The position numbers and the translations under genes were made by a program. Source: Eledone cirrhosa (Eukaryota). Taken from it: a DNA stretch of 64,000 bases. A model generated the notes under the pieces. The model had not been told where the DNA came from, made no database searches, and saw only the letters and a list, made by a program, of their open reading frames with translations. The stretch spans positions 13,082,001 through 13,146,000 of the forward strand of contig OZ024762.1 in the NCBI GenBank assembly GCA_964016885.1. The letters run 5' to 3'. Within the stretch, counting starts at the first letter, position 1. Each line of letters opens with the position of its first letter. This document shows, one piece after another, positions 14,428 through 30,470 of the stretch.

Positions 14428-14542
14428 CTGTAGTAACAGTATATATATATATATATACTGAAGACTCCAGTCCTACAAACTGTAGAGTGCTTCTTATCCG
14501 ATATTTGCATTGCTTTATTGTACTACAATAAAACTCACCTCC

Positions 14543-14592
<50 letters not shown>

Positions 14593-14688
14593 TACATACA
14601 TATATGTATATTTAAAAGGTAAACAGAAAGAACAACGCATATCGGTACAGTATATGGAAGGAAATATTAAGTTAACGCTTGAAATAGC

Positions 14689-14722
14689 AGGACAAACGTT
14701 TCGGACGTTTGTCCTTCATCAA
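14689..14722 (-). ncRNA. Truncated/mutated hammerhead-like remnant
   Basis: Minus strand: TTGATGA-a-ggac-aaac-gtcc-GAAACGTTTGTC. C3 is substituted and there is no stem I partner. Confidence 0.4.
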
Positions 14723-15376
14723 AAGAAAGAATGAGAATTTAGCTAACTACTTCCAACAGATGATATGTTTGGATTAACTGTGTGTGTATGTCTGTGTGTG
14801 TGTATATATATATGTCTCAATGTGTGTATTTGTGTGTGTGTGTATATATATATATACATTTGTGTGGGTATATATATATCTATATGTATGTATGTGTATT
14901 TGGGTGTATGTGTATATATATATGTGTGTGTGTATGTGAAGTGGGAGGGAATATGCCTGAGGGGTGGGGGAATGAGAGAGGCGTGGGGGAATGAGAGAGG
15001 GGTGAGGTAAGGTGGAGCCTGAAACCAGGTTTTAAGGGAGAGCAAGAGACGGGTGGGGGATGGGTGTGGGGGTGGCGTTAAGAGAGACATTATTGGTTTA
15101 TACAATCTCCACATCCACCCCACCACACCCCCTACACATCCACCCCGCTCTCACCCCACCCCATCCCACCCCAACCCACCCCCAAAACAACGAATCTCTT
15201 GTCATGACTCTTGCCTTAACTGACACAGACGGGGCGCGTGACATGGGTACGCCATATTGTGATGTCAACCCCCCCTCCTCCAAGCCCCGACACCCCACCC
15301 TAGAAACTCCTCATCACCACCACCACCACTGCACTAACAACAACAACCTCACATAATCCACGAACACTACCACCAA

Positions 15377-15415
<39 letters not shown>

Positions 15416-15851
15416 CACTATTATAATTATTACCCACCACCACCGTCACCAGCTCTTCCCTCCTACTACCACTCCTATCCACCACCTTCACTGCCACCAC
15501 CTCTTTCTTTCATCAACATCCCCTCACCACTCCTACATGCCACCAGCACTGCAACCACCTTCGGTGGCATCACCTCTGCCCTCCACTACCACTACTACCT
15601 CTACTGCTCGTACCCACCACCACCTCCACCCTCTATTACCACTACTACTACCACCAACACCACCACTATCACCTACCCACCACCTCCACCCTCTATTACC
15701 ACTACTACTACCACCAACACCACCACTATCACCTACTACCACCCCAACTACTATAAAAAATTAGTCTCCTGAAAACAGAAATCCAGATTTTTTCATAAAA
15801 CAAAACGGAAGAAGATTCCTTTCCAAGACTCATTCAGAGATGTTTCTTTGT

Positions 15852-16262
15852 GTAGTAGTAGTAGTGGTGGTAGTGGTCGTGGTAGTAGTGGTGGTAGTGG
15901 TAGTAGTGGTGGTAGTGGTGGTGGTGGTGGTAGTGGTGGTGGTGGTAGTAGTGGTGGTGGTAGTAGTGGTGGTGGTAGTAGTGGTGGTGGTGGTAGTAGT
16001 GGTGGTAGTAGTGGTGGTAGTGGTGGTGGTAGTAGTGGTGGTGGTGGTAGTAGTGGTGGTGGTGGTAGTAGCGGTGGTAGTAGTGGTGGTGGTGGTAGTA
16101 GTGGTGGTAGTAGTGGCGGTGGTAGTGGTAGCAGTAGTGGTGGTGGTAGTAGTGGTGGTAGTAGTGGTGGTGGTGGTAGTAGTGGTGGTATTGGTGGTGG
16201 CGGTAGTAGTAGTGGTGGTGGTGGTAGTAGTAGTAGTGGTGGTATTGGTGGTGGCGGTAGTA
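15852..16262. repeat. (GGT/AGT)n trinucleotide repeat
   Basis: Direct inspection; the poly-Val and Gly-Ser ORFs are artefacts. Confidence 0.9.
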
Positions 16263-16307
16263 TTAGTAGATTACAATATCAACATATCTATAGCAACCTT
16301 GATTTTG

Positions 16308-16382
<75 letters not shown>

Positions 16383-16525
16383 CGATATTAATAAATGGAA
16401 ACCATATTTATAAAACCATATTTATTTCATTATACATATTTCAAGGATACCAAGTTACATTATGGTATGCCTTCATCAGACAAAATACAATATATAACAG
16501 TTTTATAAATAGACATTGACGTACC
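16383..16525 (-). mobile_element. Short non-autonomous Penelope-like fragment carrying a hammerhead (core 16423-16487); paralog of 45899-46030
   Basis: Minus strand: tattttgt-CTGATGA-aggcatacca...tggtatcctt-GAA-ATATGTAT-A-atgaaata. The 3' end abuts (TA)n. Confidence 0.75.
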
Positions 16526-16738
16526 CCTTTAAAAGTTGACCGTTGATTCGTACTATCAAAATTGAAAATCAATCTAAGATATCGATCATCGATCACCAAC
16601 TATCGATTTTGGATAAGTTATGAGAGACGCGAATCAATCGTCAGAGGAACTGTCAATTATTTATGTTTTATTTCAAATTATATAATACATATATATGAGG
16701 ATTTTACAAGTTTGAACTAATAACTTAACCAAGATCTC

Positions 16739-16827
<89 letters not shown>

Positions 16828-16884
16828 ATATATATATATATATATATATACATATATATTATATATATATATATATAATAAAAA

Positions 16885-17050
16885 GGACGAGGTCAATTGA
16901 ATTGACCTTCACCTCTATCCCCCACTAGTTAACTGGTACTTCCTTTTTATGTTTTGGCGGAATGATGAAAGACGAAAATAAATGGCGGCTTCGGGCTTTT
17001 GATATGGAAAACGTGAAGGTGACATAGCAAAAATACTGCAAAGTTTCTTG
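16885..17050 (-). mobile_element. Degenerate SINE family A
   Basis: ttaactggtacttcctttttat...gatgaaagac...aacgtgaag. Confidence 0.5.
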
Positions 17051-17950
17051 TCTATATCGATTTTTACAAAAGCTCACAACTCTCACACCACCACCACCAC
17101 TATCCCCGCCGCCGTCACCACTGTTTCCTCCAACACCACCACCACCACGACTAACCCCACCACTGTCTCCACCGCCAACACCACTGCCCTCGCCCCCAAC
17201 CAAACACAACTCCACCACCACAGCACCACCTTCACCACCACCACACTGTTCCCACTACCACCACCACCACCACTATCCCACCACCAACACCACTATCCCA
17301 CCACCACCACCAACACTACTATCCCACCACCACCACCACTATCCCACCACCACCACCACCACCACCACCTCCACCCCACCACCACCACCCCACCACCAGC
17401 CCCCATACCATAATTATATTTATATTTACTACAATAACATTTCTCGTTATCGTATTTGCTAAATTAACTGTTTTGTCCTCACTTCTCTCAAACAGAAGAA
17501 ATTTATTTCGGCATTATTCTATTGCATTGTGGGATTGTAAGTGTGGAATAATGAGGTAGTGTTGAGATGGGGGTGGTGGTGGTGATGGTGGAGAGATGGT
17601 GGTGGTGTGGTGGTGTTGTTGTCGGTGGTGGAGGTGCGGTGGTGTGGAGGTGGTGTGGTGGTGGAGAGATGGTGGTGGAGAGATGGTGGTGGAGAGATGG
17701 TGGTGGAGAGATGGTGGTGTTGGTGATGGAGGTGGTGGAGGTGTGGTGGTGGTGGTGGTGTGGTGGTGGAGAGATGGTGGTGGAGAGATGGTGGTGGAGG
17801 TGCTGGGGTGTGGTGGTGGTGGTGTGGTGGTGCAGGGTGAAGAGGGGAAGAATTCAGTGTGTGTTTGTGTGTGAGAATGTTTATGCATCTATGTATGTGC
17901 GAATGTTTGGTGTATGTATGTGTATACACACACACATACATACACACACT

Positions 17951-17997
<47 letters not shown>

Positions 17998-18359
17998 GTA
18001 TATATGTTATATATATACATTCACACATACATAGACACATAATATGGCATAAACCAATATAGTTATATACACACTAATATATATATATAGTGTGTGCGTA
18101 TGTGTGGATTATGTAAGTGAATATCTATGCAATTATGATTTGTATATACACACACACATGTATGTATATTTGTGTGAGTGTGTACCTGTGTATGTATGTG
18201 TTTGAGTGTGTACATGTGTATGTATATGTACCTGTGTGTGTGTGTATAATTGTCTACCTGTATATGTATATGTGTGAATGTGTATCTGTGTGTGTGTGTG
18301 TGTGTATCTGTGTGTGTGTGAATGTGTGTCTGGGTCTCTGTGTCTGTGTATGTGTGTGT

Positions 18360-18395
<36 letters not shown>

Positions 18396-18683
18396 TGCCG
18401 ACATAACTCGGAATCAAAATGAATTGGAAATATTACCAAAATATGGAAAGAAAGACAGAAAGGAAAAAAGAAAGGAAGAAAGAGAGAAAGAACGAAAGGA
18501 AGGAATGAGAATAAGAGAAAGAAAGAGGAAGAAAAACAAAGGATTGAAGGAAGAAAGAAAGAAAGAGGTAAAGAAAGGAAGTATATGAAAAACAGAAGAG
18601 GAAGTTAAATAGAAAAATACGAAAAAAGCTCAAACAAACAATAAATATTAGAATTGAAACAGAAATATAATATATATATATAT

Positions 18684-18756
<73 letters not shown>

Positions 18757-18927
18757 TATATATATATATATATATATATATACTATATATATATATATAC
18801 AATATATATATATATATACTATATATATATACAATATATATATATATACAATATATATATATACAATATATATATATATACAATATATATATATATATAT
18901 ATACAATATATATATATATACAATATA

Positions 18928-18959
<32 letters not shown>

Positions 18960-19152
18960 CAATATATATATATATATATATACAATATATATATATATAT
19001 ATATATATACAATATATATATATATATATATACAATATAATATATATTATATATATATATGCAGTACAACAATATATGTGTGAATTGACGGTCACACATA
19101 CACACACATACACACACACATATATATATATATATACACAATATATATATAC

Positions 19153-19250
<98 letters not shown>

Positions 19251-19312
19251 ATATATAATAATATATATATGTGTGAAATATGGAGAGAGAAGGAATGCGA
19301 ACATTCGTAGTG

Positions 19313-19354
<42 letters not shown>

Positions 19355-19505
19355 GTGAAGGTGGTGGTGGTAGTGGTGATGGTCGTGGTGGTGGTCATGA
19401 GAATGTTTACACCATCATCATCATTGTCATCATCACTATAAACATTAATATCATATTCAGCCATACTCTCTCTCTCTCTCTATATATATATATACATATA
19501 TATAT

Positions 19506-19538
<33 letters not shown>

Positions 19539-19544
19539 CACACA

Positions 19545-19575
<31 letters not shown>

Positions 19576-19603
19576 ATATATATATATATACACACACAGA
19601 CAT

Positions 19604-19669
<66 letters not shown>

Positions 19670-19781
19670 ATATATGTGTCTAAAAGTAACGCTTGTAATA
19701 CAAACTTTAAAAAGACAACAAAAGGGAAACGGCAAAAACAACAAGAAGAACAACAACAACATTAACAATAACACTATTAAC

Positions 19782-19824
<43 letters not shown>

Positions 19825-20607
19825 TTAGCGGTGGGTGTTGGCTGTTGTATTGGAGCAATGGAAAGAAAAAATGGCCGCCGGCAAAAATAATTTAAAAAAA
19901 ATGTTGTTTCATTAATTTAGTGTGAATAATTCATAATTGTAATTTCTGGATAAATGTAATATTTTGGGAGAAATAGAGAGAGAAGGGGGAGAGGGTGGAG
20001 ATAGAGAGGGGGGAGGGTGGGGGAGAGAGAGAGGGCGATATATATATATATATATAGAAAGGGTGTGAGATATATAGATAGATAGAGAGAGGTGAGAGAG
20101 AGAGAGGTGTGAAGAAGATAAAGAGAGAGAGAGAGAATGTGTAACAAAGAGAGAAGGAGGAGTGAGAGAGAGAGGGTAATAGGGGATATATATAAATATA
20201 TATATATATATAGAGAGAGAGAGCAAGAGAGAGAGAGAGCAAGAGAGAAAGAGAGAGAGAGAGAGAGAGCAGGAGAGAGAGAGAGAGATAAGAGAGAGAG
20301 AGAGAGAGGAAGAGAGAGAGAGAGTATATGTATATTTGTGTGTGAGAGAGCGCATGTGCGTTTGTGTGTGTATGTTTCGATGTATATATTTGTTTGGATG
20401 TGTGTGTGTCTGTATGTATGTGTGTGTATGTGTGTGTGTATGTGTGTGTAAGTGTATGTGTGTGTGTGTGTAAGTTTGTGTGTGTGTGTGTGAGTGACAA
20501 AAACCTGATATATACTTTTCAAATATATTTAATATTTCTCGTTTTTCTATTTCATGAAGAAAACAATAACAACAAACAGCTTAAAATATAACTAAACACC
20601 ATGAACG

Positions 20608-20679
20608 TAATGTTGATGTTGTTGTTGGTGTTGTTGGTGGTTGTGGCGATGTTGTTGTTGGTGATGTTGTTGGTGTTGT

Positions 20680-20711
<32 letters not shown>

Positions 20712-21273
20712 GTGGTTGTGGCGATGTTGTTGTTGGTGTAGTTGGTGTTGTTGGTGTTGTTGATGTTGTTGGTGGTTGTGGCGATGTTGTTGTTGGTGAT
20801 GTTGTTGGTGTTGTTGTTGTTGTTGTTGTTGTTGTTGGTGGTTGTGACGATGTTGTTGTTGGTGATGTTGTTGGTGTTGTTGGTGTTGTTGGTGTTGTTG
20901 ATGTTGTTGGTGGTTGTGGCGATGTTGTTGTTGGTGTAGTTGGTGTTGTTGGTGTTGTTGATGTTGTTGGTGGTTGTGGCGATGTTGTTGTTGGTGATGT
21001 TGTTGGTGTTGTTGTTGTTGGTGTTGTTGGTGGTTGTGGCGATGTTGTTGTTGGTGATGTTGTTGGTGTTGTTGTTGTTGTTGTTGTTGTTGTTGGTGTT
21101 GTTGGTGGTTGTGACGATGTTGTTGTTGGTGATGTTGTTGGTGTTGTTGGTGTTGTTGGTGTTGTTGATGATGTTGGTGGTTGTGACGATGTTGTTGTTG
21201 GTGATGTTGTTGGTGTTGTTGGTGTTGTTGGTGTTGTTGATGTTGTTGGTGGTTGTGGCGATGTTGTTGTTGG

Positions 21274-21311
<38 letters not shown>

Positions 21312-22168
21312 GTGTTGTTGGTGGTTGTGGCGATGTTGTTGTTGGTGATGTTGTTGGTGTTGTTGTTGTTGTTGTTGATGTTGTTGGTGTTGTTGGTGGT
21401 TGTGGCGATGTTGTTGTTGGTGATGTTGTTGGTGTTGTTGTTGTTGTTGTTGTTGGTGTTGTTGGTGGTTGTGGCGATGTTGTTGGTGGTGGTGGCGATG
21501 TTGTTGTTGGTGATGTAGATGTTGTTGGTGTTGTTGATGTTGTTGGTGTTTCTGATCTTGTTGATGATGATGTTGATGGTGGTGAAGTTGGTGGTGTTGT
21601 TGTTGGTGTTGTTGATGTTGGTGATGTTGATGTTGGTGTTGATGGTGATGTTGATGATATTGGTTGTGGTGATGTTGTTGTTAGTGATGATGTTGATGGT
21701 GATGTTGTTGTTAGTGATGATGTTGATGGTGATGTTGTTGTTAGGGATGATGTTGATGGTGGTGTTGATGGTGATGTTGATGATGTTGGTGGTGGTGATG
21801 TTGTTGTTAGTGATGATGTTGATGGTGATGTTGTTGTTAGTGATGATGTTGATGGTGATGTTGTTGTTAGTGATGATGTTGATGGTGGTGTTGATGGTGA
21901 TGCTGATGATGTTGGTGGTGGTGGTGATGATGTTGATGGTGGTGTTGATGGTGATGTTGATGATATTGGTTGTGGTGATGTTGTTGTTAGTGATGATGTT
22001 GATGGTGGTGTTGATGGTGATGCTGATGATGTTGGTGGTGGTGATGTTGTTGTTAGTGATGATGTTGATGTTGATGTTGTTAGTGATGATGTTGATGTTG
22101 ATGTTGTTAGTGATGATGTTGATGTTGGTGGTGGTGATGTTGATGATGTTGATGTTGGTGTTGATGAT
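20608..22168. repeat. 1.5-kb (GTT/GAT/GGT)n cryptic trinucleotide array
   Basis: Higher-order units ggttgtggcgatgttgttgttggtgatg and gttgttagtgatgatgttgatggt; long ORFs on both strands. Confidence 0.9.
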
Positions 22169-22264
22169 AGAGAGGAAGAAAGAGGCATGATTAACGTAGC
22201 CCATCTTAAATATTTCCTCTGCCATACCAACCTAATATTTTGTTGCAATCAACATTAAAGTTTG

Positions 22265-22338
22265 AACTCACGTTCAACTCACGTTCAACTCACGTTCAAC
22301 TCACGTTCAACTCACGTTCAACTCACGTTCAACTCACG
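22265..22338. repeat. 11-bp minisatellite (aactcacgttc) x ~6.5
   Basis: Perfect tandem copies. Confidence 0.95.
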
Positions 22339-22909
22339 ATATTTTCCAACATTTATTCAGATATTTACATTAGGAATATAACAAAAAATACATTAGTATG
22401 ATAGAGGAAACATTCAAGAATTTCTGCAGCAATCATACCTTAACATCCCGTTGTAGGAAAAGAATGAACATATCAAATGAAGAATAGCAGAATACAGAAT
22501 ACGGAACGTTAAAACCAATTCAGAATTTATAAATCATACTAACCTATAGATTAACATACTTCGATATTATACGGTGTGTATTACAGAGAAATATACAGTA
22601 AACAGGTTTATTTATTGTACTAACTATCGAAAGAAGTGATTTAGAAGTTTCTTATGATGAAATATCATCGGTTATGAAATCCTGATTAAATTATATCTGG
22701 AGTATATTGGAAGGTTTTTTTTTTTTTTTATCTTACCTGATGTTTACAATCAGTTCTCTCATATTTTCCGGAGACAACATTATTCACTGCGGTATATTTA
22801 TTGTACGTCTTCTTATTAGTAGTTGATATCTTTTATATATTTCTTGCTGAAATAAAATATATATCTTAATGTAATCACATATTCACACATATACATAGAT
22901 ATTACATAC

Positions 22910-22943
<34 letters not shown>

Positions 22944-22946
<3 letters not shown>

Positions 22947-23086
22947 AACGAGACGGCTGAGCTCAAGCCGTTTCGAAAGAATTAGCCGTCGGGGTCCTAC
23001 TCGTTCCTATTACCCACTCCACTACCCTAAGTATTGAGTACTTTGGTGCGTTATGGTCCATCTGGTTCCTTACCACATTTCCTTCG

Positions 23087-23088
<2 letters not shown>
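22944..23088 (+). mobile_element. Short TA-embedded element with palindromic 5' part; collapsed paralog of 58971-59186
   Basis: Shares the ~100-bp 3' part (gttcctattacccactc...ccttcgttat) with 59101-59186; ataggaacgag/ctcgttcctat inverted arms. Confidence 0.8.
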
Positions 23089-23143
<55 letters not shown>

Positions 23144-23180
23144 AGAGAGAAACTTATATAGGCGTGTATGTCTTTGTAGG

Positions 23181-23253
<73 letters not shown>

Positions 23254-23291
23254 GTGTGAGTGCGAGAAAAATATATATAGGTGTGTGCGCG

Positions 23292-23575
23292 TGTGAGAAT
23301 CATATATAGGTGTGTGTGCGTGTGATAATCATATATAGGTGTGTGTGCGTGTGAGAACCATATATAGGTGTGTGTGCGTGTGAGAACCATATATAGGTGT
23401 GTGTACGTGTGAGAATCATATATAGGTGTGTGTGCGTGTGAGAACCATATATAGGTGTGTGCGTGTGAGAACCATATATAGGTGTGTGTGCGTGTGAGAA
23501 CCATATATAGGTGTGTGTGCGTGTGAGAACCATATATAGGTGTGTGTACGTGTGAGAATCATATATAGGTGAGTG
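23292..23575. repeat. 29-bp minisatellite (gtgagaaccatatataggtgtgtgtgcgt) x ~10
   Basis: Direct inspection. Confidence 0.9.
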
Positions 23576-23829
23576 TGAACCTCACACCCAACCCCCATTA
23601 TAAAACAACATTAAATAAATACCTTTCACAACACAAGTAGCTTTGCTGTTAGAAGTAAAACAAACATACATATATATACATTATGTATTATATGTATGTT
23701 ATTTATATATATATATAAACACACATGGAGGCATATGTGTGTGTATAAAGGAAAATGGTGTAGTACGTCGAATTCTAAATCTGGTGGAGCGAACAAATTA
23801 CCAACACTAATTTTGTTGTATATAATGTG

Positions 23830-23894
<65 letters not shown>

Positions 23895-23969
23895 GTAGTT
23901 AGATAAACATACATATAAACATCTAGCTATATATACATACCCATACATATATAAATAATTGTAGACATT

Positions 23970-24014
<45 letters not shown>

Positions 24015-24157
24015 AAAAGGTAAACAGAAATAACAACACAATCGATATAGTATATGGAAGCGATATATATATATATATACACACACACGTATATATATAA
24101 TCAGATATACATACATATATATGTATATGTGCATATATATATATATGTATGTGCATG

Positions 24158-24223
<66 letters not shown>

Positions 24224-24300
24224 CTGTATATACATATACAGATATATGTATAAATATATGTTTGCCTTTTTCGTTCTTAAACTATATATATATATATATA

Positions 24301-24393
<93 letters not shown>

Positions 24394-24904
24394 GTATTTA
24401 TGTATTATCTGCTGCTACCAAATATTCACCAAGTACAATACTACAGGAATGTTTATAATAACTAACTCTCTCTATACAATATACAACACTGTATGCCGCC
24501 ATTAAATTAATAACCACCATTTATGTGAAGTGGTTGTGTAAAGAATGGAGTTGATGATGGCATCTGTCGGCACCATATTCCAACGTTATGGGAGATATGT
24601 CATAATATGCTATCATGTATATATACACTATATATATAGACTGAATATATACACTATATATATAGACTGTATTTATATATACTATATATATAGACTGTAT
24701 ATATACACTATATATATAGACTGTATATATATACACTATATATACAGACTGTATTTATATATACTATATATATAGACTGTATATATACACTATATATATA
24801 GACTGTATATACACTATATATAGACTACAGATAGACTATATATATATATATATATAAATACACACACATACACACTCATATATCTATAAATGCATATATA
24901 TAAT

Positions 24905-24989
<85 letters not shown>

Positions 24990-25036
24990 ATATACACACA
25001 TGCACTATATATATATATACACAATATACACACATG

Positions 25037-25086
<50 letters not shown>

Positions 25087-25128
25087 CACACACACACACA
25101 CACACTTACATATATATGTGAAAACAAA

Positions 25129-25591
<463 letters not shown>

Positions 25592-26094
25592 GCTTTTCCC
25601 CTACAACGAAAAGGATGGCCAACCAACCAGCCAAACAATCTCGCGTAATGTTCAATTGGACAGCCAGTGATAGTGATAAAGTAATAACATCAAAGTAAAG
25701 TCTTCTTCTGTAGAATGCAATGGAACATAATAAATGTAATAAGACGCAGCAGATTTAATGGTCTACACCAGATGTAACGAAAGACTCCAGATGTAGTGGA
25801 TCAAACCAGATGTAATGTAATTGAAAAATTATATCAATGGACACATATTTTTCAATATTTACATGATATGGCTAAGTGTGTGTGTGTGTGTGAGAGAGAG
25901 TGTTTGTGTGTATGTGTGTGCAGGATATGAACGTAGTATGTATGCGTGTATATATATATGTATATATATGTGTATATATATATATATATATAGGAATGTA
26001 AATATATATATATAGGTATGTATATATATATAGATATACATATATAGGTATGTATACACACGCACTCACATATATATATATATGTTTATGTGTG

Positions 26095-26330
<236 letters not shown>

Positions 26331-26581
26331 TGTAATTGCTTAGAGACTAAAGCCCCCTGAAGACAAGACATTGTCCCAGCCTGTGTGAGGATATAGTCCC
26401 GCAACTGAGACACAAGTCAACATGGCGGAATAAATAATATATATACACAAAAAGACAAATAAATATCGTCTGCTGAGTTGACACCATTGATTGGTCGACA
26501 ATATATGACGTCACCAGATATCAGCAGGAACAAGAGCCGATGGGTTTCTGAATCTAAAACTAACTATAATATATATATATA

Positions 26582-26725
<144 letters not shown>

Positions 26726-26764
26726 TATATACATAAATATATATATATATGTGTATATATATAT

Positions 26765-26795
<31 letters not shown>

Positions 26796-26813
26796 TATGT
26801 GTATATATATATG

Positions 26814-26844
<31 letters not shown>

Positions 26845-26859
26845 ATATATACATGTATG

Positions 26860-26969
<110 letters not shown>

Positions 26970-27386
26970 TACATATATATACATATATATATTTATATAT
27001 GTATATATATATATATATATATAAATGTATATATATATATATATATACATAAATGTATATATATATACATGCAAACATATATATATATATATACATACAT
27101 ATATGTATATATATATGTATATATATATGCATATATATATATAAATATATATTTATATTTATATATATATATATGTGTGTGTGTTTTACGAACAATTGAA
27201 ATGAATGCGTTTTTCAACTATTATTCTACATTAAAAAGTAGAAATGGCAAATTTGAGAAACTCCAGGGATGCTTTTTGAATAATGAGTAATAGTAAATAT
27301 ATCACAATGACACATACGGTCATATGTATGTATATATATGTGTATATAATATATATATATATCTATCTATCTATATCTATATATAT

Positions 27387-27462
<76 letters not shown>

Positions 27463-27941
27463 TTATATATATCTATCTTTATATATATATATATATTCAT
27501 ATACATACATATACAAATAAATAAATATATTATATATATATATATATATATACGAAAGGAAATGTTGCCCCCTCTTCAAATCGTGACTACTACATTACGC
27601 TAGATTTTGCAATTGAAGAGAAAAGGCGATAACTTGAAAAATCTCTCTCCAACAATACATACACAGCGAAAGTGTTTTAAAGCCTCGAGATGAAGCGAGA
27701 GAAAATATGGATGACGTCACCAGAATTCTATGGCAGCCATTAGACACGTGATAAACAGCTACCTGAAAATGTCATTAAGGTATTACCTCCCCCTTATGTG
27801 GCACGATAGTGTGGCTTAAACAATATAGACTATACAATGTCATCAATGGAAACACCGCTGAGGGACATATATACACAAGAATATATATTTATATATTTAT
27901 ATATTTATATATTTATATATATCTGCTGATGACGGTGACAC

Positions 27942-28042
<101 letters not shown>

Positions 28043-28053
28043 TATATATATAT

Positions 28054-28120
<67 letters not shown>

Positions 28121-28181
28121 CACACATATATATATATATATATATATACACCTATATATATATATATATTATATATATATA

Positions 28182-28223
<42 letters not shown>

Positions 28224-28250
28224 ATGTATATATATACATATATATGTCTG

Positions 28251-28305
<55 letters not shown>

Positions 28306-28317
28306 TATTACTATGTA

Positions 28318-28505
28318 AGTGGTTGAGTATTCCACAGTCATATATAACCTTAATGTACTTCTCAGGGAGATTCAGCATAATACACTATATGACATGGCTG
28401 GACCCTCTAAATTACAGGTACAGTCCATCTTGTATATAAGTGGCTGAGCATTCCACAGACACGTGGACCCTATCATGTAATTCCTAAGCTGAGTCAGTGT
28501 GACGT
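28318..28505 (+). mobile_element. Interspersed repeat (SINE 3'-type) in tandem-dimer form; paralog of 55972-56140
   Basis: gtggytgagyattccacag...ttctcagggagattcagc...gctggaccct...aattacaggta occurs as two partial units. Orientation is assigned by recollection only. Confidence 0.7.
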
Positions 28506-28861
28506 AATATGATGATATCACTACCACAACCATAACAACAACAATACCACCAGCACCACCATCACAACATCACAACCAACAACAACAATACCACCACCAC
28601 CACCACCAACAAGAACGAGATCAATACGATCGCCACCCCACCATCACACCCACCACCCCAAACACTACTCCCACTACTCCCACCACCACCACCACCACCA
28701 CCACCACCACCCAACACATTAATCCACCCCCACTCCCCCCGTTCACTAACTGTGCTGTAGATATCACGAATCTAAGTACTCCATCACAATGGCTTTTACC
28801 CCTTGGTGGGATCAAATAGAAGTATGGGTTGAATGACGAGAAGGTGAGAAAAACTAGGGGG

Positions 28862-28924
<63 letters not shown>

Positions 28925-29029
28925 TATATATATATATACATATACATGTATATATATATATATATATACATGCATATATATATATATATATACTCACATG
29001 TATATATATAAATATATATATATATATAC

Positions 29030-29071
<42 letters not shown>

Positions 29072-29154
29072 ATGAGTATTTAAATGTATGTATGTATGTA
29101 TATATATATATATACATGTATATATATAAATATATATATATATATATACACATG

Positions 29155-29185
<31 letters not shown>

Positions 29186-29234
29186 GTGTGTGTGTGTGTG
29201 TGTTTGTGTGTGTGTATGACTATTTAAATGTATG

Positions 29235-29311
<77 letters not shown>

Positions 29312-29386
29312 ATGAGTATTTAAATGTATGTATATATATATACATATTTTTACGTATTTAAGTCATATATATATATATATGTATGT

Positions 29387-29461
<75 letters not shown>

Positions 29462-29609
29462 AGAGGTAGCGACAACAACAACATGTAGAAATGTGTGACA
29501 ATAATGGCCGCCGTGAGGTATGTAATATATAACATAATGGTGAGTGATTGGTGGTATCTCTCTCACTACATCACTGTATGTGTGTGTACATGTGTGTATG
29601 TGTGTCTAC

Positions 29610-29665
<56 letters not shown>

Positions 29666-29974
29666 TTGTGTGTCTATGCATTTGTGAATGTGTGTGTGTG
29701 CGTCTATGACTTTGTGAATGTGTGTGTGTCTATGTTTGTGTGTGTGTGTGGGTATATGTGTGTGTCTATGTCTGGGTATGTGTGGGTATGACTGGGTATG
29801 TCTGGGTATCTTTGTGTATGAATCTGTAAACGTGTGTGTGTGGTTTTATGTGTGTGTGTCAAATATTTCTGTGAGTTTGTGTGTTTATGTTTGTGTACGA
29901 AAAGCAGCCAGCCAATCAGATATCGTACTGACCACGTGACCAGCTAGACATCCGTCCAATGGAACGCCCACACA

Positions 29975-30470
29975 ACTAACCAATAATTAAGCCAACTAAT
30001 CAGCCAACGATCCAAGTAATCAACCAATCAGAGAGCCAGCTAGTTCAATCACCCTAAACAACCAACCAATCAACCAACGAAACACACCATACCTTCCAAC
30101 AGACCAAACAGGAAACCACCAGGTAACCAACCAACAAGCCAACAGAGCAAATAACCAACCTACCAACCAGCCAACCAACTAACCAACCAACCAGCCACCC
30201 TACCAACCAGCCAGCCAACCAACCAGCCAGCCAGCCAACCAGCCAACCAAGCAATCAGCCAACCAACCAACTAGTCCACCAACCAACCAACCAACCAACT
30301 AACCAGCTAACCAACTAACCAGTCCACCAACCAACCAACTAACCAACCAGCTAACCAACTAACCAGTCCACCAACCAACTAACCAGCCAGCCAACCAGCT
30401 AACCAACTAACCAGTCCACCAACCAACCAACCAGACAACCAACCAACCAGTCCACCAACCAACCCACCCA
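29975..30470. repeat. (AACC)n-based degenerate tetranucleotide repeat
   Basis: Direct inspection. Confidence 0.85.

Noticed and set aside
14456-14515. CTGAAGA...GATAT hammerhead candidate
   Set aside because: It lacks GAAA and a continuous stem II or stem I.
15848-16354. Gly/Ser-rich loricrin-like ORF
   Set aside because: A pure (GGT/AGT)n microsatellite running into (TA)n.
20552-22248. 555-557 aa ORFs (Asn/Thr-rich and mucin-like Thr/Pro/Ser-rich)
   Set aside because: Open in several frames on both strands because the DNA is a stop-poor trinucleotide array; there is no non-repetitive domain or signal peptide.
26362-26435. Plus-strand CTGAAGA-hairpin-GCAAC hammerhead candidate
   Set aside because: The GAAA core is mutated and there is no NUH or stem I pairing; at best a decayed relic.
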